Source: Malacoraja senta (lineage: Eukaryota). From it: a DNA stretch of 64,000 bases. The stretch is taken from NCBI GenBank assembly GCA_038087875.1, contig CM075996.1, forward strand, positions 6,760,001 to 6,824,000. The letters are read 5' to 3'. Position numbers and translations under genes: made by a program. This document shows, piece by piece, positions 12,749-25,433 of this stretch. The notes under the pieces were generated by a model. It did not search any database. It worked only from the letters and a program-made list of their open reading frames with translations, and was not told where the DNA came from. The stretch's first letter is position 1, and every line of letters starts with the position of its first letter.

Positions 12749-14127
12749 GAGTTTGTACGATCCCGTGGGTTTTCTCCAGGCACTCCGGTTTCCTCCCACA
12801 TCCTAGAGGAACTGCAGATGCTGGTTTACAAATAAAGACACAAAGTGCTGGAGTAACTCAGCATGGATGGGTGACATTTCAGGTCTAAAGAAGGGTCTCG
12901 ACCCGAAACATCAACTCCCCATGTTCTCCAGAAATGCTGCCTGACCCCCTGAGTTACTCCACACTCTGCCTGACCCCCTGAGTTACTCCACACTCCGTGT
13001 CTATCTTCCTTTGATTGTCATAGAGTCAAAGCGTGATACAGCATGGAAACAGGTCCTTCGACCCAACTTGCCCACCTGGCCAACATGCCCCATCTACACC
13101 AGTCCCAACCTGCCCACGTTTTGCCCATATCCCTCCAAACCTGTCCTATCCATGTACCTGTCTAACTGTTTCTGAAACATGGCGATAGTCCCTGCCTCAA
13201 CTACCTCCTCTGGCAGCTTGTTCCATGCACCCCACCACCCTTTGTGTGAAAATGTTGCCCCTCAGATCCCTGTTAAATCTCTTCCCCGTCACCATAAACC
13301 TAGATGTCCTCAGCCATGATCACATTGAATGGCTCGAAGGGCCGAATGGCCTACTCCTGCACCTATTGTCTATTGTCTATTGTCTGTTGTCCTTCGATTC
13401 CCCGACTCTGGACGATTGATGTTGGCTTCCTCAGAACTGTTCCCTTTGCATGCTGGCTTGGATTTGCCCGAGGTTTCGAGTTCCAACGTTCCAGGGTCTG
13501 TGAGGAATTCCCCGGCCTGTGTGAGCTGAATGGTGGAGAAGGAATGACCGCGTGGAAGTTGTGGATTTGTGTTTGGAGAAAGGCGGAGATTGGTGGTTAG
13601 GTATGAGGAACTAGGGTCAGAATCACCAGAAAACTAGTTAGATTTAGCTCTGAGGGCTGACGGAATCAAGGGATATGGGGGAGAAAGCAGGAACGGGGTA
13701 CTGATTTTGGATCCTCAGCCATGGTCATATTGACGATGCTGGCTGGCTCGAAGGGACAAATGGCCTACTCCTGCAACTATTTTCTATGGGGGGATTTTCT
13801 AATGTTAAGACTGCAGAAAATCCAATTTCGTTCAAACCAAGCTGTTTGAATGACAATAAAAGGCATTCTATTCTATGCTATATAAAACACTGGGACGACT
13901 TTTTCGAAATACTGGGACTACTTTTTCGAGTGAACTGCTGGCACGGTGGCGCAGCGGTAAAGTTGCTGCCTCACAGCGCCAGAGACCCCGGGTTCGATCC
14001 TGACATTGTTGCCTGTACTTTGAACTTGTACATTCTCCCCGCGACCCACGTGGGTTTTCTCCGGGTGTCCCGGTTTTCTCCCACACTCCAAAGACAGAAA
14101 GGTTCGTTGGCTAATTGGCTTGGTATA

Positions 14128-14493
14128 AGTAAGTAAGTTTATTGGCCAAGTATTCACATACAAGGAATTTGCCTTGGTGCTCCGCCCACAAGTAGCAACA
14201 TGACACACAGTGACAGTTACGAATGACTCAGAAAACACTAAACATTAATAATAATAAGACATTAATGATAAAAACACCATTGATCAAGCATGTGAACCAA
14301 CAAAATACCAGATCAAAGGGAGACTACAGATTTTTGGCTGTTGAGTAGAGCAACTACTCGTGGATAAAAACTGTTTTTATGTCTGGTTGTGGCAGCTTTG
14401 ACAATCCGGAGTCGCCTTCCAGAGGGAAGTGATTCAAAGAGTTTGTGGCCAGGGTGAGAGGGGTCAGAGATGATCTTGCCCGCTCGCTTCCTG
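14128..14493 (-). mobile_element. Rex1/Babar LINE 3' fragment inserted into a V-SINE
   Basis: Reverse complement of 30580-30948; splits the HE1 SINE at 13940-14610. Confidence 0.8.
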
Positions 14494-16971
14494 ATAATTG
14501 TAAATTGTCCCTAGTGTGTGTGTGTAGGATAGTGTTAGTGTGCGGGGATCGCTGGTCGGAGAGGACTCGGTGGGCAGAAGGGCCTGTATCTCAAAAAATA
14601 AAAATAAACTAAAGGTCAACAGGTTCAACTCAACGTGGCCTTCAATATTATGAATGTGTTTGATTGGGAAGAAAGCGTGTTTCCCCTCCTCATACTCTAC
14701 ACAACAAGAGATCAAGTATAAACAATGACTAATAAACGCAACAGAAAATTCTGTAGTAGCATTTTTTTTCACAGGAAGTAGAACTCGTCTGAATGGGGAG
14801 GGATTAGTTTAGATTAGTTTAGTTTAGAAGGACAGAGCGGAAACAGGGCCCTTTGGCCCACCGAGTCCGCACCGACCAGCGATCCCCGCACACTAGCGCT
14901 ATCCTACACGCACGATGGGACATTTATGCATTTATGCCAATTGACCTACCAACCTGTACGTCTTTGGAGTGTGGGCGGAAAGCGAAGGAGGCAGAAACTC
15001 CCTTCCAAAGTCCCCAATGACCTTATTTTACCAGAGTGTTCTTGCTGATGTAAATACACAGAGTGCTGACCTGATAGAAGGTTTATGAAGGTCAATTAAC
15101 CTGCAAACCCGCACGCGTTTGGGATGTGGGGGGAGCCAGAGCACCCGGAGGAAACCCACGGGGAGAACGTGCGAACTCCACACAGACAGCACCCGTAGCC
15201 AGGATGGAACCCGGGTCTCCAGCGACGTGAGGCAGCAACTCTACCGCTGCGCCACCCTGCTGCTTTTCAGTTTAGTGTTGAGATACAGCGCGGAAACAGG
15301 CCCTTCGGCCCACCGAGTCCCTGCCGACCAGCGATCCCCGCACACTAACACTACCCTACACTCACACTAGGGGACAGTTTACAATTTTACCAAAGCCAGT
15401 TAACTTACAAACCAGTTCGCCTTTGGATTGTGGGAGGAAACCGGAGCACCCGGAGAAAACCCACCCGGTCACGGGGAGAACGTGCAAACTCCGTACAGAC
15501 AGCACCTGTAGTCAGGATTGAACCTGAGTCTCCAGTGCTGTGAGGCAGTAACTTTACTGCTGCGCCACCGTGCCGCCTTCGTGGAGCATCGTTCAATCTC
15601 CCATGGACCTCGATCAAAATATCTATCTTGCTTTCTCTCTATGTGAGCGGGACTGTTTATTGTTCCAGTGTTGTGTTGCTAAGTGACAACAGACCTGGTA
15701 TGTTCATACAATTCGTAAGGCATAGGAGCAGAATTAGGCCATTCTGCCCATCCAGCCTACTCCGCCATTCAATCATGGCTGACAAAAATGCTGGAGAAAC
15801 TCAGCGGGTGCAGCAGCATCTATGGAGCGAAGGAAATAGGCCACATTTCGGGCTGAAACCCTTCTTCAGACTCTTTTGCCGAAACCCTTCTTCAGACCTA
15901 TCTTTCCCTCTCAACCCCATTCTCCTGCCTACTCCCCATAACCCCTGACACCCGTTCTAATCAAGAACCTGTCAATCTCCGCCTAAAAGATACCCAATGA
16001 TTTGGCCTCCACAGCCGTCTGTGGCAATGAATTCCACAGATTCACCACCCTCTGACTAAAGAAATTTCTCCTCATCTCTATTCTTAAGGCACGTCCTTTA
16101 ATTCGAAAGCTGTGTCCTCTGGTCCACGGGGCGGCACTGTGGCGCAGCGGTAGAGCTGCTGCCTCACAGCGCCAGAGACCCCGGTTCGATCCCGACTACG
16201 GGTGCTCTCTGTACGGAGTTTGCACGTTCTCCCCGTGACCACGCGCGTGGGTTTTCTCCGGGCGCTCCAGTTTCCTCCAACGCTTCCCAAAGTCGCGCGG
16301 CTTTGTAGGTGGATTGTAAAATTGTTCCCAGTGTGTGTGGGATCGAACTAGCGTGAGGGGATCGTTGGTCAGCACGGACCCGGTGTGGCCCGTTGTTTCC
16401 ACGCTGTATCTCGACACTAAACTAAACTAAGTAATGATGTTAGTGCTTGTGCCTCAATAAACCAACGTCTCTGGGTAAACTCTTGTTATTGTTACAACCC
16501 AGCAAGCAGCTCGCTCCCTTTATCCTTGTGTCCAATGACTTTGGATTCAAAATATCCTGCTTCGGATAATTGTACTCCAGGAGATGAAACGGCTTGTGGC
16601 AGGAAACAATTAAAGCTTATTTTGTTGCGGTGCTTCTCAACTTATTTCTAAAAACAGCAGGGCCTGTGTGTTTTAGTCTGGCGTCGAGCCAGGGTTGAAG
16701 AGACGGACTGTAGACATAAAATGCTGGAGTCGCTCAGCGGGACAGGCAGCATCTCTGGAGAGAAGGAATGGGTGACGATTTGGGTCGAGACCCTTCTTCA
16801 GCCTGATTCCTTCTCTCCGGAGATGCTGAGTTACTCCAGCATTTTGTGTCTACCTTTCGATTTAAACCAGCATCTGCATTTCTTTCCTGCACAAGAGACA
16901 GACAGCGCCTGGTCCACAGATCCTTCTTTTCTTTTTTCCTCTTATTAAATTAGCATCAGTTTAGAAACACA

Positions 16972-17208
16972 AGGGCCTGTCCCACTTGGGCGTCATTTGC
17001 TTGTCATTTACGCGACATCATTTACGCATCACGACACGCGACACGCGCGTCGTGAGATGCGCGCATGGTGTGCATTACGCGCTCATGGTGCGTGGTGAAG
17101 TAGGCAGTGACGCTGGGTCGCGCGCGGCGCCCCAGGATTTCGGGATTCACAAAATCTTCGCACGCCAACTGCGTGACGCGCAAATAACACCCAAGTGGGA
17201 CAGGCCCT
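16972..17208. mobile_element. Harbinger-type MITE
   Basis: TIR AGGGCCTGTCCCACTTGGG...CCCAAGTGGGACAGGCCCT. Confidence 0.78.
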
Positions 17209-17211
17209 GTA

Positions 17212-17602
17212 GAAACATCGAAACATAGGTGCCCGAGTAGGCCATTCGGCCCCTCCATTCAATATGATCATGTCTGATCATCCAAAATCAGTTCCCCGTT
17301 CCTGCTTTCTCCCCATATCCATTGATTCCTTTAGCCCCAAGAGCTAAATCTAATTCTCTCTTGAAAACACCCAGTGAATTGGCCTCCACTGCCTTCTGTG
17401 GCAGAGAATTCCACAGATTCACAACTCTCTGGGTGAAAACGTTTTTCCTCATCTCAGTCCTAACTGGCCTACCCTTTATTCTTAAACTATGACCCCTGGT
17501 TCTGGACTCCCCCAACATCGGGAACATTTTTCCTCCATCTAGCCTGTCCAATCCCTTAAGAATTTTATATGCTTCTATAAGATCCCCTCTCATCTTTCTA
17601 AA
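17212..17602 (-). mobile_element. CR1 LINE 3' fragment
   Basis: ORF 17288-17593. Confidence 0.88.
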
Positions 17603-18094
17603 TGATTAAAAATTAAAATTAAAAAATCAAAATCAAATTCCACAGATTTTACAAATCTCAACATTTTATTAACATTTCTTCACCCCCACCTTCAATAGTA
17701 ATGGAAGTATTTTAAATGAATATTTTTACAAAATAGAATAGAAGTTTTTAAAGGACAAATGAACCAAGTCACCAGTGACTCTTCAAGCTGATATCCTTTC
17801 TATACTGGGTACTATGTGTAGGAGCATAAAAATTGATGCCTTGAGTATAGGATGCTGGTGCTCACATAGAAATATAGAAACATTGAAAAATAGGTGCAGG
17901 AGTAGGCCATTCGGCCCCTCGAGCCAGCACTACCATTCAATCTGATCATGGCTGATCATCCAAAATCAGTACCCCGTTCCTGCTTTTTCCCATATCCCTT
18001 GATTCCTCTTCGGCCTACCGAGTCCGCGCCGACCAGCGATCACCCCGTACACTAACACTATCGTACACACACTTGGGGACAATTTGCAATTCTT

Positions 18095-18248
18095 CCTCTT
18101 CCTCTCGAGTCCACACACAAGATTAGAAGTTGTTCAGCCAGAGCTGGACATACATCTCGGCGTCTGCATACGATGGTGTCTGTCTTGTCGCTTCGTGCGC
18201 ATGGCGGTGGAAACAGGGCCGCGACGTGAACGCTCTTTCCTTGACCCC
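18095..18248 (-). mobile_element. Short Vingi-like internal-deletion derivative with a partial HDV-like 5' motif
   Basis: ~12-bp TSD TTTGCAATTCTT/TTTACGATTCTT and a GGAAGA-type tail. The 5' end reads GGGGTC...GCG-TTCACGT-CGC-GGCCCT-G; the 3' part encodes ...ADAEMYVQLWLNNF*, resembling a Vingi ORF end. Confidence 0.6.
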
Positions 18249-18789
18249 TTTACGATTCTTACCGAAGCCAATTAAACTATCAACCTGTACGTCTTTGGAG
18301 TGTGGGAGGAAACCGGGGCACCCGGAGAAAACCCACGCGGGTCACGGGGAGAACGTACAAACTGACAGGACTTGTGGTCAGGATCGAACCCGGGGCTCTG
18401 GCGCTGTGAGGCAGCAGCTCTACCGCTGCGCCACCGTGCCGCCCCAAATGACCTCTTGTGTTTGTGTAGGTTGGAATTGCTGTACCAGACCAAGATGCTT
18501 ATCTATGTATCTCCCTCTCCCCGCATTTCCGTCTGAAGGAGGGTCTCGACCCGAAACCGTGACCCGTTCCTTCTCTCCAGAGATGCTGCCCGTCCCACTG
18601 AGTTACTTTGTGTCTATCTCCAGACCAAGATGCAACCAGTCAGGATACTTTCTATGGCGCATCTGTGGAGGTTGCTCAGAGTATTTGGTGTTGGGAAGAA
18701 TCTGATGCTGAATCCGTGCATCTCCATATACTATTCCCATCTTTTACACGTGCATCGGAGGAGGCATTCCAGCAGGATTCAGCACAACT

Positions 18790-19390
18790 GCAGTTGTATA
18801 GGGCTCTGGTAAAACCACATCTGGAGTATTGCGTACAGTTCTGGTCTCCTAATTTCAGGAAGGACATCCTTGTGATTGAGGCAGTGCAGCGTAGGTTCAC
18901 GAGATTGATCCCTGGGATGGCGGGACTTTCATATGAGGAAAGATCGAAAAGACTAGGCATGTATTCACTGGAGTTTAGAAGGATGAGGGGATATCGTATA
19001 GAAACATATAAAATTATAAAAGGACTGGACAAGCTAGATGCAGGAAAAATGTTCCCAATGTTGGGCGAGTCCAGAACCAGGGGCCACAGTCTTAGAATAA
19101 AGGGGAGGCCATTTAAGATTGAGGTGAGAAAAATCGTTTTCACCCAAAGAGTTGTGAATTTGTGGAATTCCCTGCCACAGAGGGCAGTGGAGGCCAAGTC
19201 ACTGGATGGATTTAAGAGAGAGTTAGATAGAGCTCTAGGGGTTAGTGGAATCAAGTGATATGGGGAGAAGGCAGGCACGGGTTATTGATTGGGGATGATC
19301 AGCCATGATCACAATGAATGGCGGTGCTAGCTCGAAGGGCCGAATGGCCTCCTCCTGCACCTATTTTCTATGTTTCTATGTTTCTATGTA
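18790..19390 (+). mobile_element. CR1 LINE 3' fragment
   Basis: LYRALVKPHLEYCVQFWSP...; (TTTCTATG)n tail. Confidence 0.9.
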
Positions 19391-20235
19391 ACTTGGTTTG
19401 GCAACTGCCCTGCCCAAAGTCCACAAGAAGTTGCAGAGAGTTGTGGACTCAGCTCAGTCCGTCACACAAACCAGTCCCCCCCCTCCCCCTCTCTGCCCCC
19501 CGCTAACAACACCACCTACACTTCACGTTGCCTCGGAAAAGCTGCCAATGTAAGCAAGGTCTATTTACATCCCGGTCAATCCTTCTTCAACCCTCTCCCG
19601 TCCGGCAGAAGGCATAAAACCTCGGAGGTATCTCGCACCAGATTCAGGAGCGGCTTCTTCCCCTCTCCCGTCGGTCTACTGAGGCCACATTTACAGTATC
19701 ATGTTCAGTTTTGGTTGCCGTGTTGTAAGAAAGATCTTATCGAGCGCAGAGAAGATTTACGAGGATGTTGCCAGGACTAGAGGGCCTGAGCTACACAGAG
19801 AGGTTGAGCAGGCTGGGACTCTATTCCTTGGAGCGCAGAAGGATGAGGGGCGATCTTATGGAGGTGTACAAGATCATGAAAGAAACAGATCGAGTAGATG
19901 CACAGTCTTTTACTCAGAGTAGGGGAATCGAGAACTAGATGACCTTTGTTGAGGAGAAGGGGGAAAGATTTAATAGGAATCTGAGTGGTAACCTTCCTCA
20001 CACAAAGGGTGGTGGGTGTATGGAACGAGCTGCCAGAGGAGGTGGTCGAGGCAGGGACTATCCCAACGTTTTTTTCGCCTTCAATCACAGTGAGGAATGT
20101 GGAGGAGTCACTGTGGTGGATGTTTATGTTAAAATCTATTTGGTGCGTCTTGTTGCTTTTTATTGGTATGACTGTTTGGCAAATGAAATTCCTCGTATGT
20201 TGCAAAACACACTTGGCTAATAAAGTATGATTATG

Positions 20236-20266
<31 letters not shown>

Positions 20267-21451
20267 AAACATTTAGACAGGTACGTGGATAGGACAGCTT
20301 TAGAGAGATATGGGCCAAATGCAAGCAGGTGGGACTAGTGTTGATGGGTCATGTTGACCAGTGTGGACAAGTTGGGCCGAAGGGCCTGTTTCCACGCTGT
20401 ATGACTCTATGACACTGTTCCAACCCATGTCTTCTTATTCCAGATTTATTATGATTTAATTTTGGTTGAACATCCTTTTCTGCTGGGTTTCAAACTTATT
20501 GTCACTCATAGCGTCATAGAGTCATGTTTTATGTTCTACGATATGTTAGTGTTAGGGCAAGGTGTCGTTTGCTGGCTGGGTTGTTCCGGAGAGGACTCTG
20601 GTTGAACGCACAGTGTTGCCACTTGCTATTCCTGACATTGCCTCCCCGACTGACAGAGGGCGAGACCCAAGGAGATGAAACCCTTTGGAAATTGGGAGTT
20701 GGCCACATGGATCTGCTTCCTATGGGATCGCACTGCCCATTATCATCTCCCCAGCCTGAGGTTTTGCTGGAAACCCTGTTTCCTGAAACAGTCCTCTCTG
20801 AGAGAGAGACCAGAGCCAGGAGTCGTAGAGTCACACTGTGTAGAAACAGGGCCTTCGGCCCAACTGGCCCATGCTGAACAACATGTCCCATTTACACTAG
20901 TTACACCAGCCCGCATTTGGCCCATATCCCTCTAAACCTATCATAGTCATTGAGTCTTACAGCATGGAAACAGGCCCTTCGACCCAACTTGCCCATGCCG
21001 ACCAAGGTGCCCCATCTAGCTTAGTCACACCTGCCTGCATTTGGCCCATATACTGTACCTTAAACCTTTCCTATCCATGTAATTGTCTAAATGTCTTTGG
21101 TGGCACGGTGGCACAGCGGTAGAGTTGCTGCCTCACGGTGCCGGAGACTCGGGTTCGATCCTGACTACTGATGCTGTCTGCGCGGAGTTTGTACGTTCTC
21201 CCCGTGACCCACGTGGATTTTCTCCGGGTGCTCCGGTTTCCTCCCACACTCCAAAAACGTACAGGTGAGGATAGAGTGCAGTGATTGGAGGAGGGAGACG
21301 TGGCGCAGACCTGCACCTCATCCGCAGGCAGGATCGATCCCGGCCGGGTCTCCGGCGCTGTCCCGAGTGCCCCCCCCCCCCCACGGGCGGCCAGAGAGGT
21401 CGGGAGTCAGATGCGAGCTGTACCCCCAGGCCCACAGCCAGCGCAGAGAAA

Positions 21452-21591
21452 CAGCACTAAACCCAGCTCAACTCTGCCTGTCTCGCCAGGTTAACCAGCC
21501 TGGGCTTGCGGGAAATATGGCCAGCGCGGAGAAGCAGCGGAGAAGTCAGTCCACCCGGTGAGACAGGCAGAGTTGAGCTGCATTTAGCGCT
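21452..21591. repeat. 36-bp-arm inverted repeat inside a GC-rich insertion (about 21265-21705) that splits a V-SINE
   Basis: CAGCACTAAACCCAGCTCAACTCTGCCTGTCTCGCC / GGTGAGACAGGCAGAGTTGAGCTGCATTTAGCGCTG. Confidence 0.75.
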
Positions 21592-22770
21592 GGATTGAGC
21601 CTCCGAAGCCTTGCGTGTGTGTGTGAGTGTGCGCATGCGCGTGCGGCCGCCAAAAAATTGTGTCCCCCGTCCCCTCCATGTTTTGATAGCGATTTCCGCT
21701 CTTGGATTTATAGGCTAATTGCCTTTGGTAAAAATTGTAAATCGTCCCTAGTGTGTGCAGGATAGTGCTAGTGTGCGGGCATCGCTGGTCGGCGCGGACT
21801 TGGTGGGCCGAAGGGCCTGTTTCCGCGCGATAGTTATAAACTAAACTAGACTGGAAGGACCAGACTTGACGAGAAGACTGGAACTGAAGCAAAACTATGG
21901 AGGTCAGAGAAGGCACAAGGAAGTGCAGGTGCTGGCTTACAAAAATCGCGCAGTGCTGGAGTAACTCAGCATCTCTGGAGGGCATGGATGGGTGATCGTT
22001 TGGGTCAGAACCCTCTTGCAGATTGATTATATGGGGTGGGGGGAAGAAAGCTTGAAAAGAGGTAGACAAAATGGCCTACTCCTGCACCTATTGTCCATTG
22101 TCTATTGTCAGTCCACCGAGTCCGCGCCGACCAGCGATCTCCGCAGATTAACAGTACCCTACACACACACACTGGGGACACTTTTACATTTTACATACAC
22201 ACCAAGCCAATTAACCTACAAACCTGTACGTCTTTGGAGTGCGGGAGGAAACCGAAGATCTCGGAGGAAACCCTGGCGGGTCACGGGGAGAACGTACAAA
22301 CTCCGTGCAGGCAGCGCCCGTAGTCAGGATCAATCCCGGGTCTCTGGTGCCGTGAGGCAGCAACTCTACCGCTGCGCCACCGTGCCGCCATTAAACCTGC
22401 GTCACAAATTAAAATTGTCTAATCGACCAATTGCAATGGGGTACAGTCGGTATCTTCAGGAAAATAAGGAGCATTATTTTTGCAGTGTGAAGCAAGTCAT
22501 TTCCGATTTATGCTTTACGTCAAATTATACGAAGAGGAAGAACCCGATTTTTCTATTTTAACCAGGTCGGCACGGCGACGCAGCGGTAGAGTTGCTGCCT
22601 TACGGCGCCGGAGACCCAGGTTCGATCCTGACCACGGGTGCTGTCTGTATGGAGTTTGCACGTTCTCCCCGTGGCCAGCGTGGGTTTCCTCTCGCATCTC
22701 AAAGACGTACAGGTTTGTAGGTTAATTGGCTTTGGTAAAAAAAATTGGAAATTGTCCCTGGCGTGTGTTA

Positions 22771-23007
22771 AGTCCCTGTCCCACTTTCACCACCTAATTC
22801 ACCACCTCTGCCGACTTTGCCCTTGACTCATACTCGCAGCATGGTCGTCACGAGGTCGTAGGAGGTCGTAGGCAGGTCGTAGCAGGCCGTGATGCTAGTC
22901 GTAGGTACTCGTGGCATCAAGTGGGTCGGGCGTTTTTTTCAACGTGATGAAAAATGTCCACGAGTAAAAAAGGTCGTGCATTAGGTCGTGAAAGTGGGAC
23001 AGGCCCT
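22771..23007. mobile_element. Harbinger-type MITE
   Basis: Same terminal motif; TTA TSD on both sides (22768-22770 and 23008-23010). Confidence 0.82.
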
Positions 23008-23510
23008 TTAGTTTAGGGGCCAAAGGGCCTGTTTCCACACTGTATCTCTGAAATAAACATAACTAATTGCTTGGCCTAGCTATAAATACAACCTATAACA
23101 AAGTTTTCAATGAGCACAAACTAAAAGGATGTGCGTATTGTTCTTCGTGCATGATGTAATGTCAACTGTTTTGAACAAACAGTTTAATAATATCCCAATC
23201 TAAATCTTACGCCGTTTTCTAAATCAGACAAGTGTTTTCTTCCTGGTGAAGGCAGAGATTGTTTTGTGCCCTTCCTCTCCCTCACATCTCGACTCACTCC
23301 GTCTGCATAGAGACACAAAATGGTGGAGACACTCAGCGGGTCAGGCAGCATCTCTGGGGAGAAGGAATGGGTGACGTTTTGGCTTGGTGTACAGTACGTG
23401 CAAATTGTCCCATGTGTGTGTAGGGTAGTGTCGATGTGTGGGGATCGCTGGTCGGCGCGGACTCGGTGGGCCGAAGGGCCGGTTTCCGCGCTGTATCTGT
23501 AAACTAAACT

Positions 23511-23780
23511 AACCTATACTAGCGTACGTGGTGTTGTTGGTCGGTACGGGCTCAGTGGGCCGAAGGGCCTGTTTCAGCGCTGTATCTGTAAACTAAACTA
23601 ACCTATACTAGCGTACGTGGTGTCGTTGGTCGGTACGGGCTCGGTGGGCCTAAGGGCCTGTTTCAGCGCTGTATCTGTAAACTAAACTAACCTATACTAG
23701 CGTACGTGGTGTCGTTGGTCGGTACGGGCTCGGTGGGCCGAAGGGCCTGTTTCCGCGCTGTACCTCTAGAACTAAACTAG
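23511..23780 (+). repeat. 89-bp tandem repeat x3 of a SINE 3' tail
   Basis: Units start at 23511, 23600 and 23689. Confidence 0.9.
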
Positions 23781-24888
23781 ACTGAAGCTCATGGCTCCTT
23801 TCCAGGGGTAAACACCATCTCGACTGATGGAGGTAAACATTTGTCGATTGGGGTCTGCGTTCCTGGCTGTGTGAATTCCCCCCCAGGTTCCGGCTCGGCT
23901 CGATGGTGCATGGGCCAGGTGGTTTGTGCGGTGGTGGACGGCCACTGTTTGAGAAGCTGAGCCATGTGTATGCTGGCACTCGCCCCTGCCCACTTGCTGT
24001 TTGCTTTGAGAGTGAGTCAATCGGAAATGTTCCCTCGGACAAGACCATCACACCTGGGGATGGAACGGTAAGCGGGGAAAGTCCCTGTGGCTGGATGGAG
24101 GGGGGGGGGGGGGGGGCGTAGCGACACGCTGCTACAAATATTTGGTGTCTGAAAGCACCTAGCCATCGACTGAAGGAAGTTGGACTCTGTGCTTACCGAC
24201 TGAATCCAACACCAGCTGTGACATTCATCACCTTGCTCACTTCCCCTACAAGTGAAGGAGGTTTCAACCATTCATTAGATTCACTGCCAATGCCAACAGC
24301 TGCAAGCTAATATTTAGCACCGAGATACAGCGCGGAAACAGGCCCTTCAGCCCACCGAGCCCGTACCGAGCAAGGACATCACGTACGCTTATATGGGTTA
24401 GTTTAGTTTACAGATACAGCGTAGAGACGCCCTTCGGCCCACCGAGTCCCCGTTGTCCAACAATCACCCATACACTAGTTAAAATTAAATTAGTTTAGAG
24501 ATACAGCATAGAAACAGGCCCTTCGGCCCACCGGATTCACACCAACTCATCAACCTATGAGATCACAACTGATCTCGTGCATGTGGTGGGGCGGCACGGT
24601 GGCGCAGCGCCAGAGTTGCTGCCTCACAGCGCCAGAGACACGGGTTCCATCCTGACCGCGGCTGCTGCCTGTACGGAGTTTCCACGTTGTCCCCGTGACC
24701 TGCGTGGGTTTTCTCCGGGTGCTCCGGTTTCCTCCCGCACTCCAAAGACGTGCGGGTTTGCCGGTTCATTGGCTTGTACGATTGTACATTGTCCCGAGTG
24801 TGTGTAGGATAGTGCCGGCACGCGGGGATCGCTGGTCGGCGCGGACTCGGTGGGCCGAAGGGCCTGATTCCGCGATGTACCTCTAAAC

Positions 24889-25433
24889 CAGGGGTGGGGA
24901 ACCTTTTCATGTTGGAAGGCCGCATTAAGTTAGCTGTAATCTAATAAGGCCGCATCCAAGAAACTTCAATTAGATATACTTCAAAATGGACATTATTTTG
25001 TAAAAATCTGACGACTATGTACTAACTTCAAGAAAATGAAAACATTTTGTTAATTCTAAAGTTAACTAATCTTTTAATGACTTTGTTGTGACTGCTTTTT
25101 GTGGGAAAGCATTAGAATATTTGGTTGCAACATGGAGGTACGCAGTTTCAACTGATCTTCCAGATGGATATCCGTCATTTGTGACCTTAAAGATTTGGGT
25201 TGGGTAGGAGAATGTAGATTCTCAGAAATAAGTGGTTGAAAAGCACGTATTTTGTTGAATCTTCTTTTACTCTTTGGTATTTTTAAATACGTTCATTTTA
25301 AGATTAAAATAAAAAATAATAAAAGATGAACAAAAACATTTAAAATAAAAATAAAAGGATTTGTTCTACAAAATTTTGATTCATTCAAAAGGTCGCACTT
25401 AATGGCCTAGAAGGCCGCAGGTTCCCCACCCCT
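24889..25433 (-). mobile_element. hAT (Charlie-like) non-autonomous DNA transposon
   Basis: TIR CAGGGGTGGGGAACCT/AGGTTCCCCACCCCT. Minus-strand remnant FSTTYF*ESTFS...LRSQMTDIHLEDQLKLRTSMLQPNI...KKQSQQSH* matches the hAT dimerisation C-terminus. Confidence 0.85.

Noticed and set aside
15669..15697. 29-nt micro-exon candidate (CCAG...CTG|GTATGT)
   Set aside because: No recognisable peptide or phase partner.
18608..19258. 216-aa ORF and similar RT-like ORFs as functional genes
   Set aside because: 5'-truncated LINE C-termini with stops or frameshifts; no intact autonomous element was seen in the window.
23964..24011. MCMLALAPAHLLFALR followed by GTGAGT as mgp exon 1
   Set aside because: Phase 0, incompatible with phase-1 exon 2; poor signal peptide and no TATA.
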